Shown: positions 1-7,753 of the stretch, in pieces
Position numbering within the stretch: position 1 is the stretch's first letter
Layout of the letters: the number at the start of each line of letters is the position of its first letter
DNA from: a virus
Virus record (IMG/VR): IMGVR_UViG_3300020048_000073
Coordinates: 1 to 64,000 of that record
Direction: 5' to 3' (one strand)
Length of the DNA: 64,000 nucleotides
Program-made: the position numbers and the translations under genes
Notes under the pieces: generated by a model
What the model saw: the letters and a program-made list of their open reading frames with translations, nothing else
Database searches by the model: none
What the model was told of the DNA's origin: nothing

Positions 1-31
1 TGTCAACATATGGTGGTGGGGTTTGTGCCAT
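1..31 (-). CDS. 5' end of a hypothetical late gene (MAQTPPPYVD...), truncated by the window edge
   Basis: ATG at 31-29 preceded by an AAGGA RBS and a TAAATA late-promoter box at 62-57; only 10 codons visible. Confidence 0.55.
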   Translation of the reverse strand, partial: MAQTPPPYVD

Positions 32-90
32 CTTAATATCCTTTTATTTAATAGTGTATTTATTAATAGTTGATTCAAAATTTAACCAAC

Positions 91-113
91 AAAAAAGCCC
101 CTTGCGGGGCTTT
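91..113 (-). terminator. Rho-independent terminator
   Basis: Minus strand AAAGCCCC-GCAA-GGGGCTTTTTT: GC stem, GNRA loop, U-tract; overlaps the stop codon of 112..675. Confidence 0.9.
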
Positions 114-675
114 ATTTAATTTGCCATGAATAATCTTCGGTAATCCAATTTTTACCTTCTGTCCAGTGGGGCATATCAGAAAAATCACCGTCGTTTTCTA
201 ACACCGGCTTCCAGCCGGTGGGGCTCGAGTACGAATAATATTTGTCAACCGTGTCTATGTCAAAAGGTTCAACTTGCCCCTGATTATTTTGCCATGTTTT
301 TCTAAATCTCGATAACCCACCAGTTTTAATAACACGATACAAGTCATCAGAGTGATATTGATTAAGTATTAATTTATTTCTACCTTGCCGTGTTTTAAAG
401 TTCCATAATAGCTTAGACAAAATTTTGCGTCTACGATATTTTTTATCAACATGCATTAAATTAACCTCAGAACTGTCGGTTAGTTCAGCAGAAGCAACAT
501 ACTGATCTTTATCCCATAACGAATACATATTGTTTAATTTTTTTAAATCATAGTCTTCAATTTGGCCAATAGTTTTACCGTTTGTGTACCAATCACTGAT
601 ATTTTTGTCAACAAAATTCTGAGAAATTTTAGAATTTAAGGATCCTACGTTCATTGATAATTCGGATATCTTCAT
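112..675 (-). CDS. Hypothetical protein with GNAT-like acetyltransferase motif, possible head-internal protein
   Basis: VNLMHVDKKYRRRKILSKLL resembles GNAT motif A (V.p.yRr.Gi...Ll); MKISEL N-terminus; TAAGTA box 5 nt upstream of ATG. Confidence 0.55.
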   Translation of the reverse strand: MKISELSMNVGSLNSKISQNFVDKNISDWYTNGKTIGQIEDYDLKKLNNMYSLWDKDQYVASAELTDSSEVNLMHVDKKYRRRKILSKLLWNFKTRQGRNKLILNQYHSDDLYRVIKTGGLSRFRKTWQNNQGQVEPFDIDTVDKYYSYSSPTGWKPVLENDGDFSDMPHWTEGKNWITEDYSWQIK

Positions 676-679
676 AGTT

Positions 680-841
680 TTACTTATCTGACCTCTGACT
701 GTATTCGTTTGTTAATAAAAGATATTGTTGATAAAGCTGGGGCCGTAGATGCGGAGGCGCTGACAGAGTTTTCTCGTTGACTTCAAGGATTCTCTGCCAG
801 ATTTGTTCAGTGGACACGTCTTTGAAGTTGTTTTCAAACAT
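680..841 (-). CDS. Small hypothetical protein, 53 aa (MFENNFKDVSTEQIWQRILEVNEK...), below the ORF-track cutoff
   Basis: Hand-translated ATG 841 to TAA 680; fills the gap between two same-strand genes. Confidence 0.5.
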   Translation of the reverse strand: MFENNFKDVSTEQIWQRILEVNEKTLSAPPHLRPQLYQQYLLLTNEYSQRSDK

Positions 842-852
842 GGGGGTTTTGT

Positions 853-1635
853 TTACAGTTGATACCGTGCCAGCTCGAGCGTATTAGGCCGCTTGCACTT
901 ACACTTGTTGCCGTGGTATCGTGTGTATGGGCCTTTGCTTGCAACTATTCCACAATGTGGACAAGTCTTTTTTTGTTGGCTATAATGCGTACCTTCGGCT
1001 AACTGTTTGGCAAGTGTTGCCATTCGCTTTTCAGTATGCCCAGGAGGTTTGGGTTTGCCTAGTAGAGCTTTTGATCTTTTGTCTTTTTCTTTTTGGCTCA
1101 TAGGACCTTTTTTAATACCTCGCATGCTTTCTGACATTTTGGCTTTTTGTTCGTTTGTGCGTTTTTGTCCTCGAGTTTTTTGTGCTTGTTTTTCTCTTGA
1201 TTCCTTAGACTGCGGTTTACGTTTAAGTGCCGCTTGTTTTACATTTTTTAATACTTCTGGTCTATCTTCTTTATATCCTCTATTCCAAGGATCTCGACCT
1301 TTCATTACGGCCGCGTGTATGACTGAAAATTCTTTTTTAAGATTTTCGTAAACTCTGCTGGTTATTTTGGTTTCATACCTCTCGTTAAATTTGCCATTTC
1401 GTTTCATGCCATTTAGGGCATAAATCATCTTGGATCGTGATTCGCCAGTGTGCATTTTGGTCAATAGCCAGTGGCATATAAAGTGTTCTCTTGCTGTGAG
1501 ATTTACTAAGTTTTCTTTATCATTAGATCCTCCTAAACTACGCGGAATGATATGATGTCGTTCCGTGTATCCACTCAACATACGATTTTTTGCATTTTCC
1601 GTTATGTTATTATACCAAGTTTTGTATTTGTTCAT
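853..1635 (-). CDS. Free-standing HNH homing endonuclease with NUMOD3-like repeats and C-terminal Cys/His zinc motif
   Basis: ERHHIIPRSLGGSNDKENLVNLTAREHFICHWLL HNH core; basic repeats (RTNEQKAKMSESMRG, MSQKEKDKRSKALLG); CPHCG...HGNKC; start re-called to ATG 1635, 5 nt after a TAAATA box. Confidence 0.9.
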   Translation of the reverse strand: MNKYKTWYNNITENAKNRMLSGYTERHHIIPRSLGGSNDKENLVNLTAREHFICHWLLTKMHTGESRSKMIYALNGMKRNGKFNERYETKITSRVYENLKKEFSVIHAAVMKGRDPWNRGYKEDRPEVLKNVKQAALKRKPQSKESREKQAQKTRGQKRTNEQKAKMSESMRGIKKGPMSQKEKDKRSKALLGKPKPPGHTEKRMATLAKQLAEGTHYSQQKKTCPHCGIVASKGPYTRYHGNKCKCKRPNTLELARYQL

Positions 1636-1696
1636 ACTTTTATTTATCAAAGTTTGTCATTTACTTAAATAATATACAACAGAAATTTCACTCAAC

Positions 1697-1719
1697 AAAA
1701 AACCACCTTTCGGTGGTTT
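1697..1719 (-). terminator. Rho-independent terminator after the major capsid gene
   Basis: Minus strand AAACCACC-GAAA-GGTGGTTTTTT. Confidence 0.9.
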
Positions 1720-1771
1720 CTTGTAACTTCCCATCCCTGGGTTGTTTATTACTATCTTTGATACCTTTGAA

Positions 1772-2968
1772 TCATGAGAAACTAAGGTTCTGGACAGCGA
1801 TTTCTCCCACGTAGTCGGCAGCATTACCAAAACTGCTCGCAGTATTTGTTAATTCCACGAATCCGTAGCGAGTCATGAATGATACGACTGGTTCGAAAGT
1901 TGTTGGATCCAATACAACGCCAGAGCTCATCAAAGGAATGTATGGGCAGTAGAACGCAGCGGCATCAGCCTCTGAAGAACCTTTGTAACCTACCAATACG
2001 CTTTGTGTATCTGGAGCGTAGCTGTTTACAAACACACGCATAGCGCCGTTCAATGTACCAACAAACTTGGTGTTTGTAGGTGCTTCGAAAGTGCCTTCTG
2101 TTGTGCGAGCAAAAGCTGAAGTTGTTGCTGACTGGAGTACAGTCAATGCTGCTGAAGATACAACAGCCCAGTTACCTGCGCCACGACGTGTACGTTGGGC
2201 GATCAAGTTAGCAACACGGTTGATCAGAACTGCCAATGCGGCATGCTCGTCACCAACGAATGTAGCTGTACCTGATACAGTAGCTTGGTTGTATGTAAAC
2301 TCTGTAGCAGCCAATGTTGACAAAGACAAGAGGATCTCTTGATCGATTTCAGCAGTGATTTCTTGTGCCAGAGCAGCCATAATTTCAGCTTCAACGTCAA
2401 TACCATGCATGGCTTGTGCGTCTTGTGCTGATTCAAATGTCCAACGAGCTTGTAACTTACGTGTCTTAGCTTCAACAGCTTGTTTCAAGATCTGGATGGA
2501 AATTTGCTTACCGCCTGTACCTTCCATTGTTGCTGTGTTGTTACCTGTGTAACCTGTGGCAGTTGTAGTGTCCTTAGGTACAGTAGAGTAAGCAGTAGCA
2601 ATAGTGAATGGGCTCAACGCTTCTTGACCAGCTGTAACGCTTGTAGCGGCAGCAGAATTGTCTGTCAAGTTCTGGGCATAACGCACACGCAATGTGTGAA
2701 TTTGACCAACAGGACCTGTCATAGGTTGAACACCAACCAACTCGTTAGCAATAACAGTTGGCATCACACGACGGATAACTGGCAGAATTACACGGTTAAG
2801 TGTAGCGATATTGCCGGAACCAGTAGAACCAGAACTTGCGTTCTCTTTCAAGTACTTACGTGTGTTTTCGAGGATTACATTCATAGAATTGCGCTTGGTG
2901 CCGTTTAGGCCCTCGAGCAACGCTTCTTTAGTTTCACCCCAACGATTTTCTAATAATTCTTGTGACAT
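1772..2968 (-). CDS. gp23: Major capsid protein, T4 gp23-like
   Basis: VIRRVMPTVIANELVGVQPMTGPVGQI, AKTRKLQARWT, EAAAF-type FYCPYIPL, DPTTFEPVVSFMTRYG gp23 motifs; follows gp21/gp22. Confidence 0.97.
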   Translation of the reverse strand: MSQELLENRWGETKEALLEGLNGTKRNSMNVILENTRKYLKENASSGSTGSGNIATLNRVILPVIRRVMPTVIANELVGVQPMTGPVGQIHTLRVRYAQNLTDNSAAATSVTAGQEALSPFTIATAYSTVPKDTTTATGYTGNNTATMEGTGGKQISIQILKQAVEAKTRKLQARWTFESAQDAQAMHGIDVEAEIMAALAQEITAEIDQEILLSLSTLAATEFTYNQATVSGTATFVGDEHAALAVLINRVANLIAQRTRRGAGNWAVVSSAALTVLQSATTSAFARTTEGTFEAPTNTKFVGTLNGAMRVFVNSYAPDTQSVLVGYKGSSEADAAAFYCPYIPLMSSGVVLDPTTFEPVVSFMTRYGFVELTNTASSFGNAADYVGEIAVQNLSFS

Positions 2969-2994
2969 AGTAGTTTCCCTTTTTAATGTCTAAA

Positions 2995-4089
2995 TTACAG
3001 TCCTGCCAAACGCTTCAAGTCAATAACATTGCTGTCATCTTCTTCCACGTGCTGAACAGGAACAGATTTATCACCGGTAGCAACAGAAACGCTTTCATTG
3101 ATTACCTTTTTCTCGGTTTTCAGTGAACGGTTTTCCAATACTGCTGGTAGATACTTCTCAAAAGCTGATTTCAAACGGGGTGTCTGAACGCTTTCCAGTA
3201 AATTACGCATGATTTCTGCTTTCTCTTCGTTTAGAGGAGACAACAGGTCATCCATTGTGCGGGTGCGCTCATTGGATTCTTTTAACACACGTACTTCACG
3301 TTCTTTTGATTCAACCAAAACTTTTGCCTTCTGGGTGAATTTGATGGCTTCAGATAGTTTCTGATCTTTCTGAGCGATAACATCATGCAGTTTACGTACT
3401 TCTGCTTTCTCATTTAAGTGAGTAGCACCGAATTCTGCGGAGTATGCTTCAAAAATTCTACGTCCAAAATTGTTCTCGCGAGCAATTTGAATGTCTTCCT
3501 TCAACTGACTGAGTTCTGCCTTTAGATGCTTGGACACAGCTTGACTCATCTTGTCTGCGCTTTCTTTTACAAAGCGTGATTTAAGTTGATTCAATTTACC
3601 ACGTGCTTCTGCTACTAGACGAACTTTTGTTTCAACAACATCTCGTTTGTCTTGAGCAAATTCTTGAATCTCACGTGCCAAAGCGTGTACAACAAAGCCT
3701 TCTAATTTTGTTAGAGACTCATTGTGTGCTTTGCGGTCTCGACGTAGTTCACCAATCTCTTCAGCAAGTTTAGTAACCATAAAGTCGTTAAACTTAGTGG
3801 CACTTTCTTTCATTTTAGATTGGAACTTAACGCGATCTTCAGCAAGAGCTTGTTTCTCTGCTTTCAGTTCTGCGATTTCTACGTTTAAACCTTCTGATAC
3901 CATGCGATCTAAGGCTTCTACCATCACTTGCTTGTCATGTTCATAGCGTTGTGCAAACTCTTCGCGGAGTTCCACACGTACTTGTTCACGAGCTTCGTTC
4001 AACTTGGCTTCCCATGCTTCTGAGATTTGTTGTTGAGCTTCCTCGTTGATCAAGTCGCTATCTAGTAACGGTTTAATAGCATCTAGCAT
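2995..4089 (-). CDS. gp22: Prohead core scaffold protein, T4 gp22-like
   Basis: Long E/K-rich coiled coil between protease and capsid genes; start re-called to MLDAIK (4089), just after the gp21 stop. Confidence 0.85.
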   Translation of the reverse strand: MLDAIKPLLDSDLINEEAQQQISEAWEAKLNEAREQVRVELREEFAQRYEHDKQVMVEALDRMVSEGLNVEIAELKAEKQALAEDRVKFQSKMKESATKFNDFMVTKLAEEIGELRRDRKAHNESLTKLEGFVVHALAREIQEFAQDKRDVVETKVRLVAEARGKLNQLKSRFVKESADKMSQAVSKHLKAELSQLKEDIQIARENNFGRRIFEAYSAEFGATHLNEKAEVRKLHDVIAQKDQKLSEAIKFTQKAKVLVESKEREVRVLKESNERTRTMDDLLSPLNEEKAEIMRNLLESVQTPRLKSAFEKYLPAVLENRSLKTEKKVINESVSVATGDKSVPVQHVEEDDSNVIDLKRLAGL

Positions 4090-4090
4090 A

Positions 4091-4738
4091 TTATTTCCCT
4101 TCGATCTTGAGACCACGTATTAGTCGAACTAATTCGTCTTTGACGTATCTCTGTGCTTTGTTGCTTTTAGCCGGATCTTTAAACATATCCAACAATCGTT
4201 GACCGCCTCTGTGATTTAAGAGACCTTCGTAAATTGCTTGGGGATATGCGTTTGGAGCACTTGGCTGAGCAACCACATCGACAGTGACTATTTCAAATTC
4301 ACTGACATGTCCGTTTGCGTCGTCGACATTTCCTGATCCACGACTACTAACTCCCAATTTAACACCGCTGTCTAACATGGTTTTAACCAGCTGACCCATC
4401 GGTGTTGGTAATATCTTAAGTTTGCCGTAACCGCAAGGACCATCCATCCACATTTTTTCAATCATATGGCTGACACGATCCAAATTAATTTTCAAGTCAT
4501 CTGGGTGATCTACTTCACCTAACACAGAATGTCCTGTTTTAATTTGTTCGTTAATGGTATCTACTGCTTTGGCTATTTCATTAACCGGATACACTCGCTC
4601 GTTGGCGTTTCTAACGCCGCCCTCAATACAAATGCCTTTCATGTAAAGACTTTTGCCGGAGCCATCTGCGGCTTCCTCAGTCAAGAGTTCAACCCTTGCC
4701 TGAGTGAAGCTTAGATGTTCTTTTAGATATCGAGCCAT
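4091..4738 (-). CDS. gp21: Prohead protease, T4 gp21-like
   Basis: NANERVYP, LGEVDHP, LDRVSH, ILPTPMG, GVSSRGSG, DVVAQPSAPNA motifs. Confidence 0.96.
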   Translation of the reverse strand: MARYLKEHLSFTQARVELLTEEAADGSGKSLYMKGICIEGGVRNANERVYPVNEIAKAVDTINEQIKTGHSVLGEVDHPDDLKINLDRVSHMIEKMWMDGPCGYGKLKILPTPMGQLVKTMLDSGVKLGVSSRGSGNVDDANGHVSEFEIVTVDVVAQPSAPNAYPQAIYEGLLNHRGGQRLLDMFKDPAKSNKAQRYVKDELVRLIRGLKIEGK

Positions 4739-4747
4739 ATCTCGGAA

Positions 4748-5608
4748 TTACACCTTAGGAAATGGTGTTTTAGCATTTACGCCGGCAGCCTGTGTTGTAA
4801 CTGGCTTGGGTGCTGGTGCTAATTTACTGCCGTCTTTACCTGGGACGTTTTTAAAGTTGCCTGCGTCTGGTAAATTACCTGCTTTAACTGGTGTTCCGCC
4901 TTTGGCAATATCGCCAACCATTTTTACTGGTTGTGCCATTGCGCCACGGGCACCACTGTTATTTGCGTTAGGACTAGTTTTGTCTGTGCCTGCTGGTTCA
5001 GCTGTAACTGGCTTTGGAGCAGCTTTTAAACTGACATTTTCAGAAAACTGTTCAACATCAACAAATTCTTCTGTGTCGTCGTCGGCCATTGCATCGCCAC
5101 CAACTTCATCACTGTCTGCATCCATTTCAAATTCGTCGTCTTCGGACTCAGAACCTTCATCACCCATCATAGCTTCAAATTCAGCCATTAGTTCATCAAG
5201 TTTATCTTCAAGATCAACAACGCGGTCTTCTAACTCTTCATTGCCACCAACGTCATCATGATGATCGCCCATGTCTTCTTCAGCTTCGTCATCAAATTCA
5301 GCATCTAATTCTTCGTCTTCTGACATGCCTTCTTCGTCAACTTCAACGTCAGCCATCAAATCATCAGCGGCATCGCCACCCATAGATTCGTCCATCTTGT
5401 CGTGTTTTTCATCGTATTCGATATCTTTAGCAACTCGTTTACCGGCTTTTTCAGCATGATCATCACGTTCAGCATCATCTTCTTCTTCCATGATGTCTTC
5501 ATAGATTTCACGACTTTTTTCAACAACGATATCGTGGAAAAGCGCCTTGGCTTTGTCTTGTTCATCGTTAATCACGTATTCAATTAACTGTTCAAATTTA
5601 GTAGTCAT
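4748..5608 (-). CDS. Highly acidic putative prohead core/internal scaffold protein
   Basis: D/E-rich central region, position between portal and protease where T4 has gp67/gp68; AGGAG RBS and TAAATA box upstream. Confidence 0.6.
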   Translation of the reverse strand: MTTKFEQLIEYVINDEQDKAKALFHDIVVEKSREIYEDIMEEEDDAERDDHAEKAGKRVAKDIEYDEKHDKMDESMGGDAADDLMADVEVDEEGMSEDEELDAEFDDEAEEDMGDHHDDVGGNEELEDRVVDLEDKLDELMAEFEAMMGDEGSESEDDEFEMDADSDEVGGDAMADDDTEEFVDVEQFSENVSLKAAPKPVTAEPAGTDKTSPNANNSGARGAMAQPVKMVGDIAKGGTPVKAGNLPDAGNFKNVPGKDGSKLAPAPKPVTTQAAGVNAKTPFPKV

Positions 5609-5708
5609 AGTTTCTCCTTAGGTTATGGCTCGTTGTAATATTTACACATAATGTATAATATTAGCGTATTAAGGGGGTAAAAACTACTACTTTTTGATTT
5701 TTATTGTA

Positions 5709-5930
5709 TTATAAGGCTGGCATTTCAGGAGCAGGAGCGTATTGTTTTTTAATCAAATCTAATTTTTGTTTATATTCAACGGTCCTAATGTCATTTAATT
5801 GACGTAATTGACGTAATTGTCTTAGAGTAAGACGTGTTTTTCTCAAGTCTTTGAGTGTGGTTTGACTATTGTCTTGCGACAAATCTTGATAAGCTGACGG
5901 GGTAGATGAATAAATTTCTGTTAAGAACAT
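5709..5930 (-). CDS. Small conserved-looking head-module protein
   Basis: 73 aa, RKTRLTLRQLRQLRQL; TAAATA 5 nt before ATG; directly after portal. Confidence 0.7.
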   Translation of the reverse strand: MFLTEIYSSTPSAYQDLSQDNSQTTLKDLRKTRLTLRQLRQLRQLNDIRTVEYKQKLDLIKKQYAPAPEMPAL

Positions 5931-5941
5931 AATACTATTTA

Positions 5942-7735
5942 TTACAATCCACCAGAAGCCGGAGGTGCCCCGGTGCCGGCAGGTGCATTACTTACAGGGA
6001 CTGACCCTGGCGCTCCTACTGTTTCAGTGCCGCCTTCAATTTCACCGGAGCCCAAGTCAGCAGCAGTGTCAAGATCGCCTTGAATTCCACCCGGAGTGAT
6101 TCCCACAGAACGTAAATCTTGTCCTTGTGTAGTCGACAACTCAGGTTGATCACGTTCTTCACGCCACATCTCTTCATTTTCCATAATTTCTTCTTTGGAT
6201 AATCCTAAGAAGCGTTCTAACATAAAGCGTTTGCTTAGATATGGCAATTGTTCTATCTGCATAAATGCCGCAATACGTGTGTTGTCTAATTCAACTTGAC
6301 GATATGACGCAAAATTTTGTGGATTAGTTAGTGAAATATCAAAAATACCGCTGTCAATATTAAACCCTCTCCAACGCATAAACAGTTTAAATTCATCGTT
6401 TAATTTCTGCATAATCAGCTTTTGTAGCCGCATACAATATTGATTAAATCGGAATTCTTGAATTAATGCTGTTCCTACTTTACCGTCATTCATAGCACGA
6501 TCTGAGTCGTCCGGGCCGGTTGGCAAATAGCTACTTGGCACACGTAATCCGCGTGCCATTTTGTTATTAAAATACTTTAAATCGTCAATTTCTCCAAGTG
6601 CGTGTCCGCCTGGCAGGGTATCTACACTAGATCCGCGACCATCTGCTGTTACTGGAAAGAAGAAATCTTCGTTGATTGATAGTGGATTGTAACTGGCATC
6701 CATCATATTTGCGCCACCACCTGTTACTGTGGGAATTCTACGCTGGTGCATTTCATTTTTAACACGCTCAACAAATTGCATAGCCATGTGACTGGGCATA
6801 TTGCCCACGTCAATTTTAAATACACGACGCTCTGGGGCACGCTGTACACGATAAATTAATACTGCATCTTCCAACAGTTCTTTTTGTTTGTAAACTTTAA
6901 AAATGTTCTCTAAAATACTTTGTCCAAAAGGCCAAAAATAATCCAATCCTTCGTTTAAACCCAAGTGTATGACATGTTTTGCGTCAATACAAGTTTCATT
7001 CATGGCCTGTGTAAATCGACTATTTCCTACGCCGCCACCTCCGCCACCACCTGCTCCGCCATTGGGCGCATTGTAATTTGATCCTGACGATACACTACCA
7101 GTAGCACGACTGACATAGTAGTCACTCGTTGTTTTGGCTGCCATACTTAAATTTTGGAAATTAGGATTAATATCTCGAATAATATACTGTTCAGGGCGCT
7201 TGCCTTCTGACTCGTTGACAATTACACGGGCAACTTTGACCATGTCTATCCAGTACATTTCAAAAGTTTCTGGATCACGTACAAAAACTTGATCGCCATA
7301 TTTGATCGTATTGCGGAACAATTTAAAAATGCGTTGATCGAGTTGATTTAATTTACACCATTGTTGTAGTTGTTTTTTAATTAAATCTATTTCGTGATCC
7401 GTAGGTTGTTCAGAAAAATGTATATCAAACGGAGTTTTATTGTCTTGGTTTAGTTGAGTAGAAAATTCAGAAATAATGTCTAAACATGCGTTGACTTCTG
7501 AATCACAATCCATATTTTCGTATTGATTGTACCGTTCAATTCGATTGGGATGACCTGAGTAAACTTCAGGAAGTCTACTGGCATAGTTGCGAAATGCGAA
7601 ACTGTTACCAGTTCCATCACCAGATCCGCCGCCAGTATTTCGTGCGTAGCCCGGTAATCCCAGATTATTTTTACCTGAAATAGGACTCAGTTGACCGTTG
7701 ACATCTGCGACTTTAAAGAATTTTTTCCAACTCAT
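5942..7735 (-). CDS. gp20: Portal vertex protein, T4 gp20-like
   Basis: LLEDAVLIYRVQRAPERRVFKIDVGNMP, EDFFFP, VDTLPGG..LGEIDD..YF...LRVPSSYL signature motifs. Confidence 0.96.
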   Translation of the reverse strand: MSWKKFFKVADVNGQLSPISGKNNLGLPGYARNTGGGSGDGTGNSFAFRNYASRLPEVYSGHPNRIERYNQYENMDCDSEVNACLDIISEFSTQLNQDNKTPFDIHFSEQPTDHEIDLIKKQLQQWCKLNQLDQRIFKLFRNTIKYGDQVFVRDPETFEMYWIDMVKVARVIVNESEGKRPEQYIIRDINPNFQNLSMAAKTTSDYYVSRATGSVSSGSNYNAPNGGAGGGGGGGVGNSRFTQAMNETCIDAKHVIHLGLNEGLDYFWPFGQSILENIFKVYKQKELLEDAVLIYRVQRAPERRVFKIDVGNMPSHMAMQFVERVKNEMHQRRIPTVTGGGANMMDASYNPLSINEDFFFPVTADGRGSSVDTLPGGHALGEIDDLKYFNNKMARGLRVPSSYLPTGPDDSDRAMNDGKVGTALIQEFRFNQYCMRLQKLIMQKLNDEFKLFMRWRGFNIDSGIFDISLTNPQNFASYRQVELDNTRIAAFMQIEQLPYLSKRFMLERFLGLSKEEIMENEEMWREERDQPELSTTQGQDLRSVGITPGGIQGDLDTAADLGSGEIEGGTETVGAPGSVPVSNAPAGTGAPPASGGL

Positions 7736-7753
7736 AGTGTATTATTTACCTGA

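Noticed and set aside
5796-7062. 9-bp repeat encoding LRQLRQLRQL and the poly-Gly run in the portal
   Set aside because: Short low-complexity coding features with no further support
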